In this document: piece after piece, positions 1 through 13,135 of the stretch
Numbering within the stretch: the first letter of the stretch is position 1
How the letters are laid out: the number at the start of each line of letters is the position of its first letter
NCBI RefSeq assembly: GCF_031359855.1
Contig: NZ_JANMAR010000165.1
Span: forward strand, 1-45,395
Length of the DNA stretch: 45,395 nt
Direction: 5' to 3'
From: Deinococcus sp.
Lineage (GTDB): Bacteria > Deinococcota > Deinococci > Deinococcales > Deinococcaceae
Notes under the pieces: generated by a model
The model's input: the letters and a program-made list of their open reading frames with translations, nothing else
Database searches by the model: none
What the model was told of the DNA's origin: nothing
Position numbers and translations under genes: made by a program

Positions 1-977
1 TCGTCGATGAGTTCGGTGTAGCTGAGGCCACTGGCCTGCCACATCTTCGGGTACATCGAGATCGGCGTGAAGCCCGGCATGGTGTTGGCCTCATTGCAGA
101 GAAAGCCGCGTCCGCCTTCCTCGTAGAAGAAGTCGACCCGCGCCATGCCGTCGCACCGCAGCAGCAGGAAGACCTCGACCGCAAGTCGCTGCGCCTCCGC
201 GGTGTCATCGGCCGACAGCGATGCCGGGATCAGACATTGCGAACCGTCATCCAGGTACTTGTCGGCATAGTCGTAGAACTCGGCGCCCGGAACGATCTCG
301 CCGGGCAGGCTGGCCTTCGGGTGCAGGTTGCCCAGCACGGCCACTTCGATCTCGCGACCGACGATCGCTTCCTCGACCACCACCCACTCGTCGTAGGTCA
401 GGGCCAAGGCGATGGCGTCGCGTACGTCTTCGACGGTCTTGGCCTTCGACACTCCCACCGACGAACCCATGTTGGCGGGCTTGACGAACAGCGGCAGGCC
501 CAGTTGGTCGGCGAGTTGCTGGGGCAGGCCGGGGGTCAGTTGGTGCTGGCGGAAGGCGCGATGTCGCGCTTGGCGCACACCGTTGGCGGCCAGCACCTGC
601 TTGGCCATCGCCTTGTCCATGGACAACGCCGACCCCAGTACGCCCGAGCCCACGTACGGTACGTTGGCCAGTTCCAGCAAGCCCTGCACTGTGCCGTCCT
701 CGCCCATCGGGCCGTGCAGGATCGGGAACACGGCGTCGTAACCCTCGGCGCTCGCAGCGCGGTGCAACACGAGGTCGCCGCCACTGGGGGCCGAGCCACT
801 CTCCAGCGCCTGCTGTGTCTGGGTGGGGGGCAGCCAGCGGCCCTCCTTGCTGATCACCACCGGGGTCACGTCGAACTGGTCGGGCGGCAGGGCGGCCAGG
901 ACGCTGCGGGCGCTCATCAGGCTGACCTCGTGTTCGCCGGACTGACCGCCGGCCAGCAGCAGGATGCGCTTCTTCAC
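1..977 (-). CDS. ddl: D-alanine--D-alanine ligase (3' end runs off the window; not in the ORF track)
   Basis: Manual translation from GTG at 977: [23 protein letters not shown]...[16 protein letters not shown]...MDKAMAK...[12 protein letters not shown]...FYDYADKY...ARVDFF...[17 protein letters not shown]. These are the canonical Ddl motifs. A -10-like CATACT lies 7 nt upstream (leaderless). Confidence 0.95.
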   Translation of the reverse strand, partial: MKKRILLLAGGQSGEHEVSLMSARSVLAALPPDQFDVTPVVISKEGRWLPPTQTQQALESGSAPSGGDLVLHRAASAEGYDAVFPILHGPMGEDGTVQGLLELANVPYVGSGVLGSALSMDKAMAKQVLAANGVRQARHRAFRQHQLTPGLPQQLADQLGLPLFVKPANMGSSVGVSKAKTVEDVRDAIALALTYDEWVVVEEAIVGREIEVAVLGNLHPKASLPGEIVPGAEFYDYADKYLDDGSQCLIPASLSADDTAEAQRLAVEVFLLLRCDGMARVDFFYEEGGRGFLCNEANTMPGFTPISMYPKMWQASGLSYTELID

Positions 978-1202
978 GCGGCGCAGTATGCCACGCTCAT
1001 GCTTCCCACCTGCGGCCCCTACTCACCTGACTCATCTGCCGCACCATACTCAGGGAATTCCAGCACTACAGCGCTTTCCAACGGAGTTCACACCTAAGCG
1101 TTTGTGCCTACGCTATGATGCCCAGCGTCCACACACTAGACAGGTGACAGGCGAAGCAGGAATCTCCAGTAACGTCCTCACCGTCCGCAGTTCAGGAGGC
1201 AT

Positions 1203-2924
<1,722 letters not shown>

Positions 2925-2947
2925 GCCCTGAGCGGCTCACTTCCCGC

Positions 2948-2992
2948 AGAAGCGGGCGGGTCGGCCCCTCGGGGCTCACCCCCCGCTTTCTC
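2948..2992 (+). terminator. Stem-loop after the substrate-binding gene (terminator or mRNA-stabilising hairpin)
   Basis: GAAGCGGG...GCCCC-TC-GGGGC...CCCGCTTTC inverted repeat just after the stop codon. Confidence 0.6.
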
Positions 2993-3164
2993 GTTGTCTC
3001 CACGGCCCGGCACGCCAGTGGTACCCGTTCGCGCGATTCGGACTGCTTTGGCAAGCATGACTTGGTGGATTAAGCTGAACCGACCGGGCACTGTGCCCCT
3101 CTCCCCACCCCCTTCACTCCGGCGAGTTATTGCCGCCGGCACCCAGCATGTTCCCGAGGCCTCT

Positions 3165-4187
3165 ATGCTCAATTTCGTCATCCGACGGGTGATCCAGATT
3201 CCGCTGGTGATGCTCGTCTTGTCTCTGATGATCGTCGGACTGACCCAGCTGCTCACACCGGAACAGCGGGTCGCGCCGTACATCCGCAGCGAGCAGCAGG
3301 CCGCGCACATGGATGAGATCATCAAGCAGCGCGGCCTGGATCAGCCGTTCGTGGTGCAGTACGGGAAGTGGCTCGGCAGCACCCTTCATGGAGACCTGGG
3401 CTACTCCCGCGCCAGCAGCCAGGACGTTCTCAAGACCATCCAGACGCGCCTGCCCGCCACGGTCGAACTGACCATCATCACCGCCATCCCAATCCTGCTG
3501 CTCGGCATCTGGCTGGGCACCCTGAGCGCGCTTCACAAAGACAAACTGCTGGATCAGGTGATCCGGGTGCTGGTCGTGTTCGGGTATTCCCTGCCGACCT
3601 TCGTACTGGGCATCCTGCTGCTGGCGGTGTTCTACGCGTACCTGGGGTGGCTGCCCGGCGCGGGTCAGGTGAATGTGCTCAACCAGTTCGCGCTGGGCGA
3701 CCTGAAACGCTATACCGGCATGCTCTCGGTGGATGCCGCCCTGAACGGCCGCTGGGACATCGCATGGGACGTCATCCAGCACATGATCCTGCCCGCCCTT
3801 ACGCTGGTCACGGTGCTGAGCGCCAACATCGTGAAGGTCATGCGCAACAACATGCTCGAAGCGCTGAGCAGCGATTACGTCCGCACGGCCCGTGCCAAGG
3901 GCCTTGCGAGCCGTGTCGTGAACAACAAGCATGCGCGGCGCAACGCCCTGCTGAGCGTCGTGACGCTGGGCGGGTTCCTTATCATCGGGCTGCTGGGCGG
4001 CTCACTGATCACCGAGACGATCTTCGCGTACCCCGGCGTGGGCCAGTGGGTCGTGCAGGCGGCGCTCCAGTCCGATCTGGCGGCCGTGCTGGGCTTCGCG
4101 CTGCTGTCGGCCGTGATCGTGGTCGTGGTCAGCACGGTCGTGGACATCCTGTACGGCGTGATCGACCCCCGCGTGAGGTTCGACTGA
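3165..4187 (+). CDS. Peptide ABC transporter permease (DppB/OppB-like)
   Basis: [15 protein letters not shown]...[13 protein letters not shown]...GDLGYS...[11 protein letters not shown]...IDPRVR. Start at ATG 3165 rather than the ORF-track start. Confidence 0.95.
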   Translation: MLNFVIRRVIQIPLVMLVLSLMIVGLTQLLTPEQRVAPYIRSEQQAAHMDEIIKQRGLDQPFVVQYGKWLGSTLHGDLGYSRASSQDVLKTIQTRLPATVELTIITAIPILLLGIWLGTLSALHKDKLLDQVIRVLVVFGYSLPTFVLGILLLAVFYAYLGWLPGAGQVNVLNQFALGDLKRYTGMLSVDAALNGRWDIAWDVIQHMILPALTLVTVLSANIVKVMRNNMLEALSSDYVRTARAKGLASRVVNNKHARRNALLSVVTLGGFLIIGLLGGSLITETIFAYPGVGQWVVQAALQSDLAAVLGFALLSAVIVVVVSTVVDILYGVIDPRVRFD

Positions 4188-4221
4188 TGCGCATGCCCAT
4201 GTTCTTGGCAGGAGGTCACGT

Positions 4222-5241
4222 ATGACGACCATTTCCGCACCGGTGCCCGTCGATCAGCGTGGCCGCTGGCAGCTGTTCTGGACGAGTCCCGCCATGCGCA
4301 AGATGCGCCGCAACCCGCTGGCCCTCGGTGGACTGGTGATCACGTTGCTGTTCGGCCTGATCGGGCTGTTCGCGCCGCTGATCGCCAGGCCTGCCGACAA
4401 CTGCCTGCGTGACCTGAACATCACCACTGCGAACGAGGTGTACTCGCCGGGCGTGGCCCTGCGCGCGATTCTCACGCCGCCCGCCAGCTGTTACAAGATC
4501 CAGCGCCTCAGCTTCCAGCAGCAGCCGACCGTGCCCGACGCGCAGGCCCCGTTCGGCACCGTGAACGGCTACTCGATCTTCTATGGCCTGATCTGGGGCA
4601 CCCGCACCGCGCTGAAAATGTCGTTCATCATCGTGGGCATCACGCTGCTGATCGGCGTGATCGTCGGCGCAGTCAGCGGCTACTACGGCGGGTGGGTCGA
4701 CAACCTGATCCAGCGCTTCATCGACGTGCTGTTCGCGCTGCCGCCCCTGATCCTGACGGTCGTGGTGCTGACCATCATGCGCGCCAGATTCACGGCCACC
4801 GGGAACGCCTACGACCCGACCGTGCCGATCATCGTAGCGTTCTGTATCGCTGGCTGGGCTGGATACGCCCGGATTATCCGGGGCGAAGTGCTGCGCACCC
4901 GTGAACTGGAGTACGTGGACGCCGCCCGCGCTTTGGGTGCCCGCGACTGGCGGCTGATCACCAAGCACGTCATTCCGAACTCGGTCGCGGCCGTGTTCAC
5001 GCTGGCGGTGCTGGATCTTGCCACCATTCCGCTGAGCGTCGCGGCCCTGTCGTTCCTGGGCCTGGGCTTCGAGGGCGGCTACTCCGAGTGGGGGCAGTTG
5101 GTGGACTTCGCCCGCGCGTGGCTCAAGCCTGAGTACTGGTACGTGCTGGTGTACCCGGCCATCTTCATCATCCTGTTCAGTCTGGCCTTCAACCTGTTCG
5201 GTGACGGCCTGCGCGACGCGCTCGACCCGAAGACCCGCTGA
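4222..5241 (+). CDS. Peptide ABC transporter permease (DppC/OppC-like)
   Basis: EAA loop [40 protein letters not shown]. Confidence 0.95.
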   Translation: MTTISAPVPVDQRGRWQLFWTSPAMRKMRRNPLALGGLVITLLFGLIGLFAPLIARPADNCLRDLNITTANEVYSPGVALRAILTPPASCYKIQRLSFQQQPTVPDAQAPFGTVNGYSIFYGLIWGTRTALKMSFIIVGITLLIGVIVGAVSGYYGGWVDNLIQRFIDVLFALPPLILTVVVLTIMRARFTATGNAYDPTVPIIVAFCIAGWAGYARIIRGEVLRTRELEYVDAARALGARDWRLITKHVIPNSVAAVFTLAVLDLATIPLSVAALSFLGLGFEGGYSEWGQLVDFARAWLKPEYWYVLVYPAIFIILFSLAFNLFGDGLRDALDPKTR

Positions 5242-5268
5242 ACCCACGTTTCCCCGAGCGCCTGCCCG

Positions 5269-5730
5269 TCACGTCGACGGCAGGCGCTCTCCATTGGCCG
5301 GTTCCGGCTCGCGCACCCAGCCGGGCAGCCACAACCACACGCGGGCGTGCAGCAGCGCCGCCGTGATCCAGAAACCGGCCAGGATCAGCGGCTGGCGGGC
5401 CAGCGTGCAGCCCAGCAGGAACACCACGCCTGGCGCGGTCGCCGCCTGGATCGCGGCGGTCAACGCCGCCTGACGGGCCGGAAGCCCGGACTGGCCCGCC
5501 ACCTGAAGGGCACGGCGCAGCGCCCACACGCCCAGCGCGACGGCGACCACATACAGCACCATGACCGCCAACCCTGGTACCGCTGGTGAGGGCGACGTGG
5601 CCACCAGCGCGCCGAGCAGGACGCCGGGCACCATCAGGGCCGCGCCGGCCAGCAGGTACGCCCGCCGGGCCGCGCCCAGCAGGCCCGCGCGGGTGCCGCT
5701 TTGCAGGTCGCGCGTGAAGCTCTCAAGCAT
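5269..5730 (-). CDS. Hypothetical membrane protein (about 4 TM helices)
   Basis: 153 aa hydrophobic ORF starting 8 nt after the ygfZ stop, same strand. Confidence 0.75.
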   Translation of the reverse strand: MLESFTRDLQSGTRAGLLGAARRAYLLAGAALMVPGVLLGALVATSPSPAVPGLAVMVLYVVAVALGVWALRRALQVAGQSGLPARQAALTAAIQAATAPGVVFLLGCTLARQPLILAGFWITAALLHARVWLWLPGWVREPEPANGERLPST

Positions 5731-5738
5731 GCTGGACT

Positions 5739-6614
5739 TCAGGCATGCGTGGCGGTCAGGAGGCGCACGGTGGCGACCACGCCGCCGACCTCGACCACCG
5801 CGCCGTCTGGCAGTTCCTTGCGCAGCCGCGCGAGGCTGAGTCCAGCGGCGTGCTGCCCGGCCTGCCCGACGACCTTGCCGCCCTGCGTGACCTCGGCCCG
5901 CTCCGGCAGGTTCTCGCCAGTCAGCTGGGCTAGATGGTACCGGGCGTTTCCGCGCGCTTCCAGCCGCGCCATGATCTCCTGCCCCACGTAACAGCCCTTG
6001 CGGTAGCTGATCGCGGGCAACGGGCCGCCCACGTCCAGCCCGATCTCCTGGAGCAGCGTGCCCGTGAAACCGTCATGGACGACGTCCGGAATACCGGCGT
6101 GGATGCGCGCAGCGTGCAGCCCCTCCAGGGTGCCCTCGTCGCCAGGCAGGGCGGCCAGCAGGGCGTCCTCGTGGCGGCGCAGGTAATGCACGTCCACGCC
6201 GGGCGTGCCGGTGCGGTTCACGCGGCCGGCCAGCGCGGTGATGCCGGCCAGCTCGAACTGCTGCGCGGCGGGGCCGTCCGGGTTCCAGCCGGCGAGCAAA
6301 TGGTCTTCCTGCACGTGAACGGTCGCCAGGAGTTCCGTGCTGTCCTGAATGTCGACCTGATCGAAGATCACGTAGCGTTTCAGTCGGGCGGCCAGGGCGG
6401 GAGCCTGATCTGCGTCCAGGTGCAGGTACACATCCTTCTCGCGGCGGTACGCGCGGGTGAACTGCTCGATCTGGCCACGCACGTTCAGGAACACGCCCGC
6501 GACCATGCCAGGCGTGGGCGCGCCGCGCAGGTCGCCGGTCATCTGGCCCTGCACGAAATCCACGCGGTCTGCTCCGGTCACGCGCAGGCTGGAGGAAGGC
6601 AATCGAGTCCACAT
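5739..6614 (-). CDS. ygfZ: Folate-binding protein, YgfZ/GcvT family
   Basis: [17 protein letters not shown] at the N-terminus and the signature KGCYVGQE. Leaderless TACCCT-7nt-ATG. Confidence 0.93.
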   Translation of the reverse strand: MWTRLPSSSLRVTGADRVDFVQGQMTGDLRGAPTPGMVAGVFLNVRGQIEQFTRAYRREKDVYLHLDADQAPALAARLKRYVIFDQVDIQDSTELLATVHVQEDHLLAGWNPDGPAAQQFELAGITALAGRVNRTGTPGVDVHYLRRHEDALLAALPGDEGTLEGLHAARIHAGIPDVVHDGFTGTLLQEIGLDVGGPLPAISYRKGCYVGQEIMARLEARGNARYHLAQLTGENLPERAEVTQGGKVVGQAGQHAAGLSLARLRKELPDGAVVEVGGVVATVRLLTATHA

Positions 6615-6683
6615 GCCGCCTAGGGTAAGCGATTCGCCGCACTCAATTTGTGGCGAGGTGGTGCTCCCAACTCCGGTGCCGTA

Positions 6684-7781
6684 TCAGTCGCTGGCGATGG
6701 CCAGGTCACGCCGGGCCTGCTGCGCGCCGCGCGTGAGGTGCCAGCGGCCCAGTTCGGCCGTCTGCTCGCGGATGATCATCTCCGCCTGCGGGAGCGCGGC
6801 GCGGCGCGAATCCAGGCTGCGACGCACCACGGCGCTGAGGTCGTCCAGGTTGCGCAGGTGCGCGCCCTTAATGTCCGCGATGGCCGGATCGAGGATGCGC
6901 GGCACGCTGATGTCGATCAGGAACATGGGCCGTGCGGGGCGATTGCGCAGGGCGTCCGCGACCCCGGAGGCAGTCAGGACATAGTGCGGCGCAGCGCTGG
7001 AGGCGATGACCACATCGGCGTGCGGCAGCGCCTCGTGCAGCAGGTCGGCGGCGCAGGTGCGGCCCCCAAAGCGTTCGGCGAGCTGCCGGGCACGTTCGGC
7101 CGTACGGTTCACCACGGTCACGTCCTGCACACCGGCCGCGCGCAGGTGCGTGAGGGTCAGTTCAGCCGTCTCGCCGGCCCCCAGCACCAGCACGGATCGA
7201 TCGTCCAGGCGGCCCAGGGCCGTCCGGGCCAGATCCACGGCGGCGCTGGACACACTGACCACGTGATCGGCCATGCCGGTCTCCGTGCGGACGCGTTTGC
7301 CGGCGGCCAGGGCTCCCTGCGCGACCTTGTTCAGGACTCCTCCACTCAGGCCACGGGCACTGGCGTCCTGCCATGCGCGCTTGACCTGACCCTGGATCTG
7401 CGTCTCGCCGATCACCTGACTGTCCAGGCCGGCCGCCACGCGGTACAGGTGCCGTGCGGCGTCCTCGCCCCGGTACACATACAGGTGCCCGTCCAGCGCA
7501 TGACCCCACGCGCCCTCGAAGGCGGCGGTCGGGTCGCCGTCCAGACCCGCGAGGTACACCTCGGTGCGGTTGCAGGTACTCAGGAGCATGACCTCGCGGG
7601 CGTGGCGGGACAGGTGAGAGAGCAGCGCTCCCTCCTCGCCGGCGCGAACGGCGGCGCGCTCGCGCACCTCGACGGGCGCAGTCTGGTGGTTCAGGCCGAC
7701 CACAGCGAAATCCAGCTCGGGCGTGGGCAGGTGTCCGGAGGCGAGCAACAGGGCCTGGGCGGTCGGGCAGTGCAGGGTCAC
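6684..7781 (-). CDS. hemA: Glutamyl-tRNA reductase
   Basis: [14 protein letters not shown], catalytic [42 protein letters not shown]. Confidence 0.97.
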   Translation of the reverse strand: MTLHCPTAQALLLASGHLPTPELDFAVVGLNHQTAPVEVRERAAVRAGEEGALLSHLSRHAREVMLLSTCNRTEVYLAGLDGDPTAAFEGAWGHALDGHLYVYRGEDAARHLYRVAAGLDSQVIGETQIQGQVKRAWQDASARGLSGGVLNKVAQGALAAGKRVRTETGMADHVVSVSSAAVDLARTALGRLDDRSVLVLGAGETAELTLTHLRAAGVQDVTVVNRTAERARQLAERFGGRTCAADLLHEALPHADVVIASSAAPHYVLTASGVADALRNRPARPMFLIDISVPRILDPAIADIKGAHLRNLDDLSAVVRRSLDSRRAALPQAEMIIREQTAELGRWHLTRGAQQARRDLAIASD

Positions 7782-8356
7782 GCGCCACCCCCCAGCGGCG
7801 CTTCGCTCAGGCCCAGGTGGGCGCGGATGTCACTACGCAACTCGGCCAGAGTGGCGGTGCGGACGTCGCCAGGCTCGTCCAGGGCCTGCTCGCGGCGTTG
7901 CGTCCAGGCGTTGAGCTGTGGCTCGTCGGGCAGCAGGCGCGCGATAGCCTCGGCCAGGGCCTGCGCCAGCATGGGCAGTTCCCGCCCGGTGGTGACCGCG
8001 ACCCGCACCCCGGCACGCTCCGTAACAGCCGGAAAGCGCAGTGTGCCGCGCTGTGCATGACCAGCATGGTTCACGGGAATTCCAGCCGCACGGGTCTGCG
8101 CAACAACTTCATCGTTCACGGCGTCGCTGTCGGTGGCGGCCACGACCAGCGCCGCACCGGCCGCGTCGCCCGGCTGGTAGCAACGGGCCTCGTGTGTGAT
8201 GGGCAGGCCAAGCAGTTCCTCGGTCAGCGTCGGGGCGATCACGTGAACGCGCAGTCCGGCCTCCAGCAGCGTGCGAACCCGCCGGGCGGCCACAGGGCCA
8301 CCGCCGACGATCAGGGCACGTTCGCCGCTCAGTTCGAGAAGGGCCGCCAGACTCAC
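7778..8356 (-). CDS. Precorrin-2 dehydrogenase / sirohydrochlorin ferrochelatase (CysG N-terminal / SirC-like)
   Basis: [32 protein letters not shown]. 4-nt overlap with hemA. Confidence 0.9.
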   Translation of the reverse strand: MSLAALLELSGERALIVGGGPVAARRVRTLLEAGLRVHVIAPTLTEELLGLPITHEARCYQPGDAAGAALVVAATDSDAVNDEVVAQTRAAGIPVNHAGHAQRGTLRFPAVTERAGVRVAVTTGRELPMLAQALAEAIARLLPDEPQLNAWTQRREQALDEPGDVRTATLAELRSDIRAHLGLSEAPLGGGA

Positions 8357-8491
8357 CAGCGCATCTTAGACCCGCCGGGCGGGTCAGGCGTCCCTGACCG
8401 GCCGGTCAGAGATAACGCCAGGACGCAGAATTTAGCGCTCAATGGCGGACTCAGTGGCCTCCACGGTCGTCGACATGATCTTGAACAAATC

Positions 8492-10006
<1,515 letters not shown>

Positions 10007-10090
10007 GCTGACAGGCTAGCCCCCCACGTGCGGGACATACGGCACGCGGAGGGCGATCGCCCATTCAGTTGCAGAGGTCAGTGGTCGGGG

Positions 10091-10426
10091 TCAGTCTGAG
10101 GCCGTGGCATGCAGGGAGTCACCCGACGGGACGGACGCGCCGCCGCTGTGATGCGGCGCATCCAGTGCGACCAGCAAGTCAAGGTGATGCGCCTGAGTGT
10201 CGTGCAGGCCAGCGAAACGCAGGTGCCGCTGGCAGATGAACCACAGTTCCTCCCGGTCGTTGGGGAGGATGAAGTACGCGTCGGAGGTCTCGGAGGGGTT
10301 GTACACGCCGACCACCCGGTACGCACGGTTCTCGTTGAAGCCGCTTTGCAGGGGCCTGGGCATGGGCGCACGTGGGCCGTCGAGTTCCACGATGCGGACG
10401 AACATCTGGGGATGGAAGGCGAGCAT
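10091..10426 (-). CDS. Hypothetical protein (111 aa)
   Basis: MLAFHPQMFVRIVELDG...YRVVGVYNPSETSDAYFILPNDREELWFICQRHL has globular composition. CACTCT-6nt-ATG leaderless start. Confidence 0.7.
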   Translation of the reverse strand: MLAFHPQMFVRIVELDGPRAPMPRPLQSGFNENRAYRVVGVYNPSETSDAYFILPNDREELWFICQRHLRFAGLHDTQAHHLDLLVALDAPHHSGGASVPSGDSLHATASD

Positions 10427-10553
10427 GACTTCAGAGTGGTGGCTGCCACTGCGGCCAAAGGAGTGAACGCCCACAAGCTCAAGGCCCGGCCAACGCCGGC
10501 TGAACCCCAGCTTCAGGTGCGCTGAGACGGCCTTCACGCAGTACGCTACGGGC

Positions 10554-11279
10554 ATGGAACCCTGGCAGCGGATCGCGCTGGCCGAAGCCGCCGCACACGC
10601 GGACTACGGCACGTCCAGCCGGTTTGGCCCACTTGTGGCGGCCTTCGTCGCGCCGGGCCAGCAGCTGGACACGGCGTGGCACGACGGCACCCGCCCCCCG
10701 GACGCGGCAGAGCTGGAGGCCTTCGAGGCCTTCAGCTCTGAGCATGATGTGCCCGCCACACTGCATCTGCTGTCCCCCGCCGTACCGGACAGCCTGGCGT
10801 TGCTCAGGGACCGTGGGTATGCGCTCGATTACGTGCTGCACCTCTATATGCACGATCTCCAAACCCTTCCTGGCGTTCGCCTGCCCGTCCACGAGGAGTC
10901 CGATGCGGATGCCTGGGCGGCCCTGTCTGCGCGGGGCTTTGGGCCGGGCAGCGAGACGATCATGCAGGTGGTGGCCCATGGGCCGGGCATTCGGCGCTTC
11001 GTGGCGACCGTGGACGGCACGCCTGCTGGCAGCGGGGCACTGGGCATCAAGGACGACGTGGGCGCACTGTACGGCATGTCCACGGTGCCCCAGGCCAGGA
11101 ACCGGGGCGTGCAGGCCGCGCTGATCGCCGCCCGGCTCCACGCCGCCTCCACGGCCGGGGCCACGCTGGCGACCGTGTTCACCACGCCCGGCACGGGCAG
11201 CGAACGCAACATCACGCGGGCGGGCTTCACGCTGGGCGGCATGCGGCTGACCTTCACGCGGCCGGTCAGTACACGCTGA
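10554..11279 (+). CDS. GNAT family N-acetyltransferase
   Basis: Motif A STVPQARNRGVQAALI, SERNITRAGF. TACGCT-6nt-ATG. Confidence 0.88.
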   Translation: MEPWQRIALAEAAAHADYGTSSRFGPLVAAFVAPGQQLDTAWHDGTRPPDAAELEAFEAFSSEHDVPATLHLLSPAVPDSLALLRDRGYALDYVLHLYMHDLQTLPGVRLPVHEESDADAWAALSARGFGPGSETIMQVVAHGPGIRRFVATVDGTPAGSGALGIKDDVGALYGMSTVPQARNRGVQAALIAARLHAASTAGATLATVFTTPGTGSERNITRAGFTLGGMRLTFTRPVSTR

Positions 11280-11733
11280 GGCACGCGCGCAGCAGTTCCA
11301 GCGCCTGCCGGTCGACCGGCCCCAGGCCATCCGGCAGGGCGTCCAGCGGGAAGTAACGCAGCGCCGTGCCCTCCACGCCGTCCGGGCGGAGCTGCCCGTC
11401 CCACGTGCGGATCACGTACACAGACGTGATCTGGTAGTACTCGTCGCCGTTCGGGAGCCGGACGAAGGTCTCAGGGCCGCTGATCACGGTGAACAGCAGG
11501 GGCTGGCGGGGTATCAGGCCCGTTTCCTCCTGAAGTTCGCGGCGCAGCGTGTCTTCCAGCGCCTCGCCGAGTTCCGCGATGCCGCCGGGCGTGCCCCAGC
11601 CGCCGGTATCGGCGCGGCGTTGCAGGAGTACCTCATCGTCAGCGTTCACGACCAGGGCGCACACCCCCGCCCAGTTCACGGGCGCGTGGCCGATGCGGGC
11701 GCGCAGGGTGCGGACATAGTCGGTGGCGGTCAT
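11266..11733 (-). CDS. Nudix hydrolase
   Basis: Nudix box GGIAELGEALEDTLRRELQEETGL. Confidence 0.93.
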   Translation of the reverse strand: MTATDYVRTLRARIGHAPVNWAGVCALVVNADDEVLLQRRADTGGWGTPGGIAELGEALEDTLRRELQEETGLIPRQPLLFTVISGPETFVRLPNGDEYYQITSVYVIRTWDGQLRPDGVEGTALRYFPLDALPDGLGPVDRQALELLRACLSVY

Positions 11734-12179
11734 GCGAGGGCCTGTGCAGCGCGGCGCGTGACGGGGCCGACCAGCGCGGGCAGGTCATCTGGGGCGAAGA
11801 AGGCCAGTGCCGCGATCTCCACGCCATCAGGCTCGGGGGTGCCGCTCCACGCGGTCACGCGGTACAGGGCGGTGTAAGCGTAGAACTCGTGCCCGTTTGC
11901 GAGGCGGTGGTGGGTGTCCGGGCCGCTGATCACCTCGAGCAGGTGGGCGGACTGGACGTGTAGGCCGGTCTCCTCGTGCACCTCGCGGCGCAGGGTATCC
12001 TCCAGGGCCTCGCCGAGTTCGCTGATGCCGGTCGGCACGCCCCAGGTCTGGCCTCCGGTGCGCTGACCGAGCAGGATACGCCCGCCTGTGTCCGTGATCA
12101 GTGCGGCGGCCCCGATGAAGTTCACGGGCCGGGAGCCGATGCTGGCCCTCAGATCACGGACATACCCATCTGTACTCAT
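11730..12179 (-). CDS. Nudix hydrolase (paralog of the downstream gene)
   Basis: Nudix box GISELGEALEDTLRREVHEETGL. ATGA overlap with the next Nudix gene. TAAGAT-6nt-ATG. Confidence 0.93.
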   Translation of the reverse strand: MSTDGYVRDLRASIGSRPVNFIGAAALITDTGGRILLGQRTGGQTWGVPTGISELGEALEDTLRREVHEETGLHVQSAHLLEVISGPDTHHRLANGHEFYAYTALYRVTAWSGTPEPDGVEIAALAFFAPDDLPALVGPVTRRAAQALA

Positions 12180-12200
12180 GTGAGTATCTTACACATACGT

Positions 12201-13100
12201 TTATGAGGCGTGGGCACTCCGCACCGCGTCCCGCACGGCCGCGCACACGGCCTCCTGCACCAACGCCCCCAGCAGCAGCGGATCGGCGGGCGGGAGCGTG
12301 CACGAACTCAGCACGAAGGCGCTGTCGCCATCCCAGAAGGTATGACTGGGGTGGATCACCCGCGCCAGAGCCGCCTGCGACGCGTCCGCGAGGCGACGGG
12401 CATCCGCCTTGCTCAGCGTGTGCTCCATGACCACCGCGACCAGCGTGGTGTTCTCCACGTCGCCCGGCGTGAACGATACCGCCCCCGGCCCCACGCCCGG
12501 CCCGGCCAGCACGCCGCCCTGTTCGTCCAGCACGTCCCCGATCGGGTTCACGACCGCCAGCGCCCCCACGCGCACGCCATAGCGTTCGAGCAGCACACTC
12601 CCCAGGCCACCCGGCACCGCGCCCACGCCCAGGTACTTGCCGGCCGTCGCGCCCGTGCCCGCACCCACCCGCCCGCGCGGCACCGGGGCAGAGGTGGCCG
12701 CCCGCGCCGCGATCTCGCCTTCCGGATCACCCGGCCGGGCGTGCGGATCGCCCACGCCCAGGTCATAGATCACGGCCGCCGGCACGATCGGCACCCGCGC
12801 CCACGGCGTTCCGTGCCCGATTCCGCGTTCCTCCAGCACGCGCACCACGCCCGCCGCCGCCGCCAGCCCGAAGGCACTCCCGCCGGTCAGCAACAGGGCA
12901 TGAACCCGCTCGACTTTCTTCTCCACACCCAGCAGCACGCCCTCCCGCGTACCAGGACTCGGCCCCAGGAACGACGCCGAGGCCACCGCGCCCCCCGGCG
13001 GGCAGAGGATCACCGTGCAGCCGGTCAGGCCCACGGAGTCCGTCCAGTGGCCGACCTGGAAACCGGGAATTCCCGTGAGCGTGGAGTTGAGTGCAGTCAC
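12201..13100 (-). CDS. P1/S58 family (DmpA-like) peptidase
   Basis: VGHWTD...TGCTV, PGTRE, LTGGSAFGL, VPAAVIYDL, GAGTGA, ENTTL (autoprocessing-type site), PSHTFWDGD. Confidence 0.9.
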   Translation of the reverse strand: MTALNSTLTGIPGFQVGHWTDSVGLTGCTVILCPPGGAVASASFLGPSPGTREGVLLGVEKKVERVHALLLTGGSAFGLAAAAGVVRVLEERGIGHGTPWARVPIVPAAVIYDLGVGDPHARPGDPEGEIAARAATSAPVPRGRVGAGTGATAGKYLGVGAVPGGLGSVLLERYGVRVGALAVVNPIGDVLDEQGGVLAGPGVGPGAVSFTPGDVENTTLVAVVMEHTLSKADARRLADASQAALARVIHPSHTFWDGDSAFVLSSCTLPPADPLLLGALVQEAVCAAVRDAVRSAHAS

Positions 13101-13135
13101 GCCGCCATTCCAGCACGGCGGGCGTACCCTGGTTC

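Noticed and set aside
237-1097. 286-aa plus-strand ORF
   Set aside because: Antisense shadow of ddl; no recognisable motifs.
2925-3164. Riboswitch or sRNA between the ABC genes; ORF-track start at 2994
   Set aside because: Only a terminator-like hairpin was recognisable; permease homology begins at ATG 3165.
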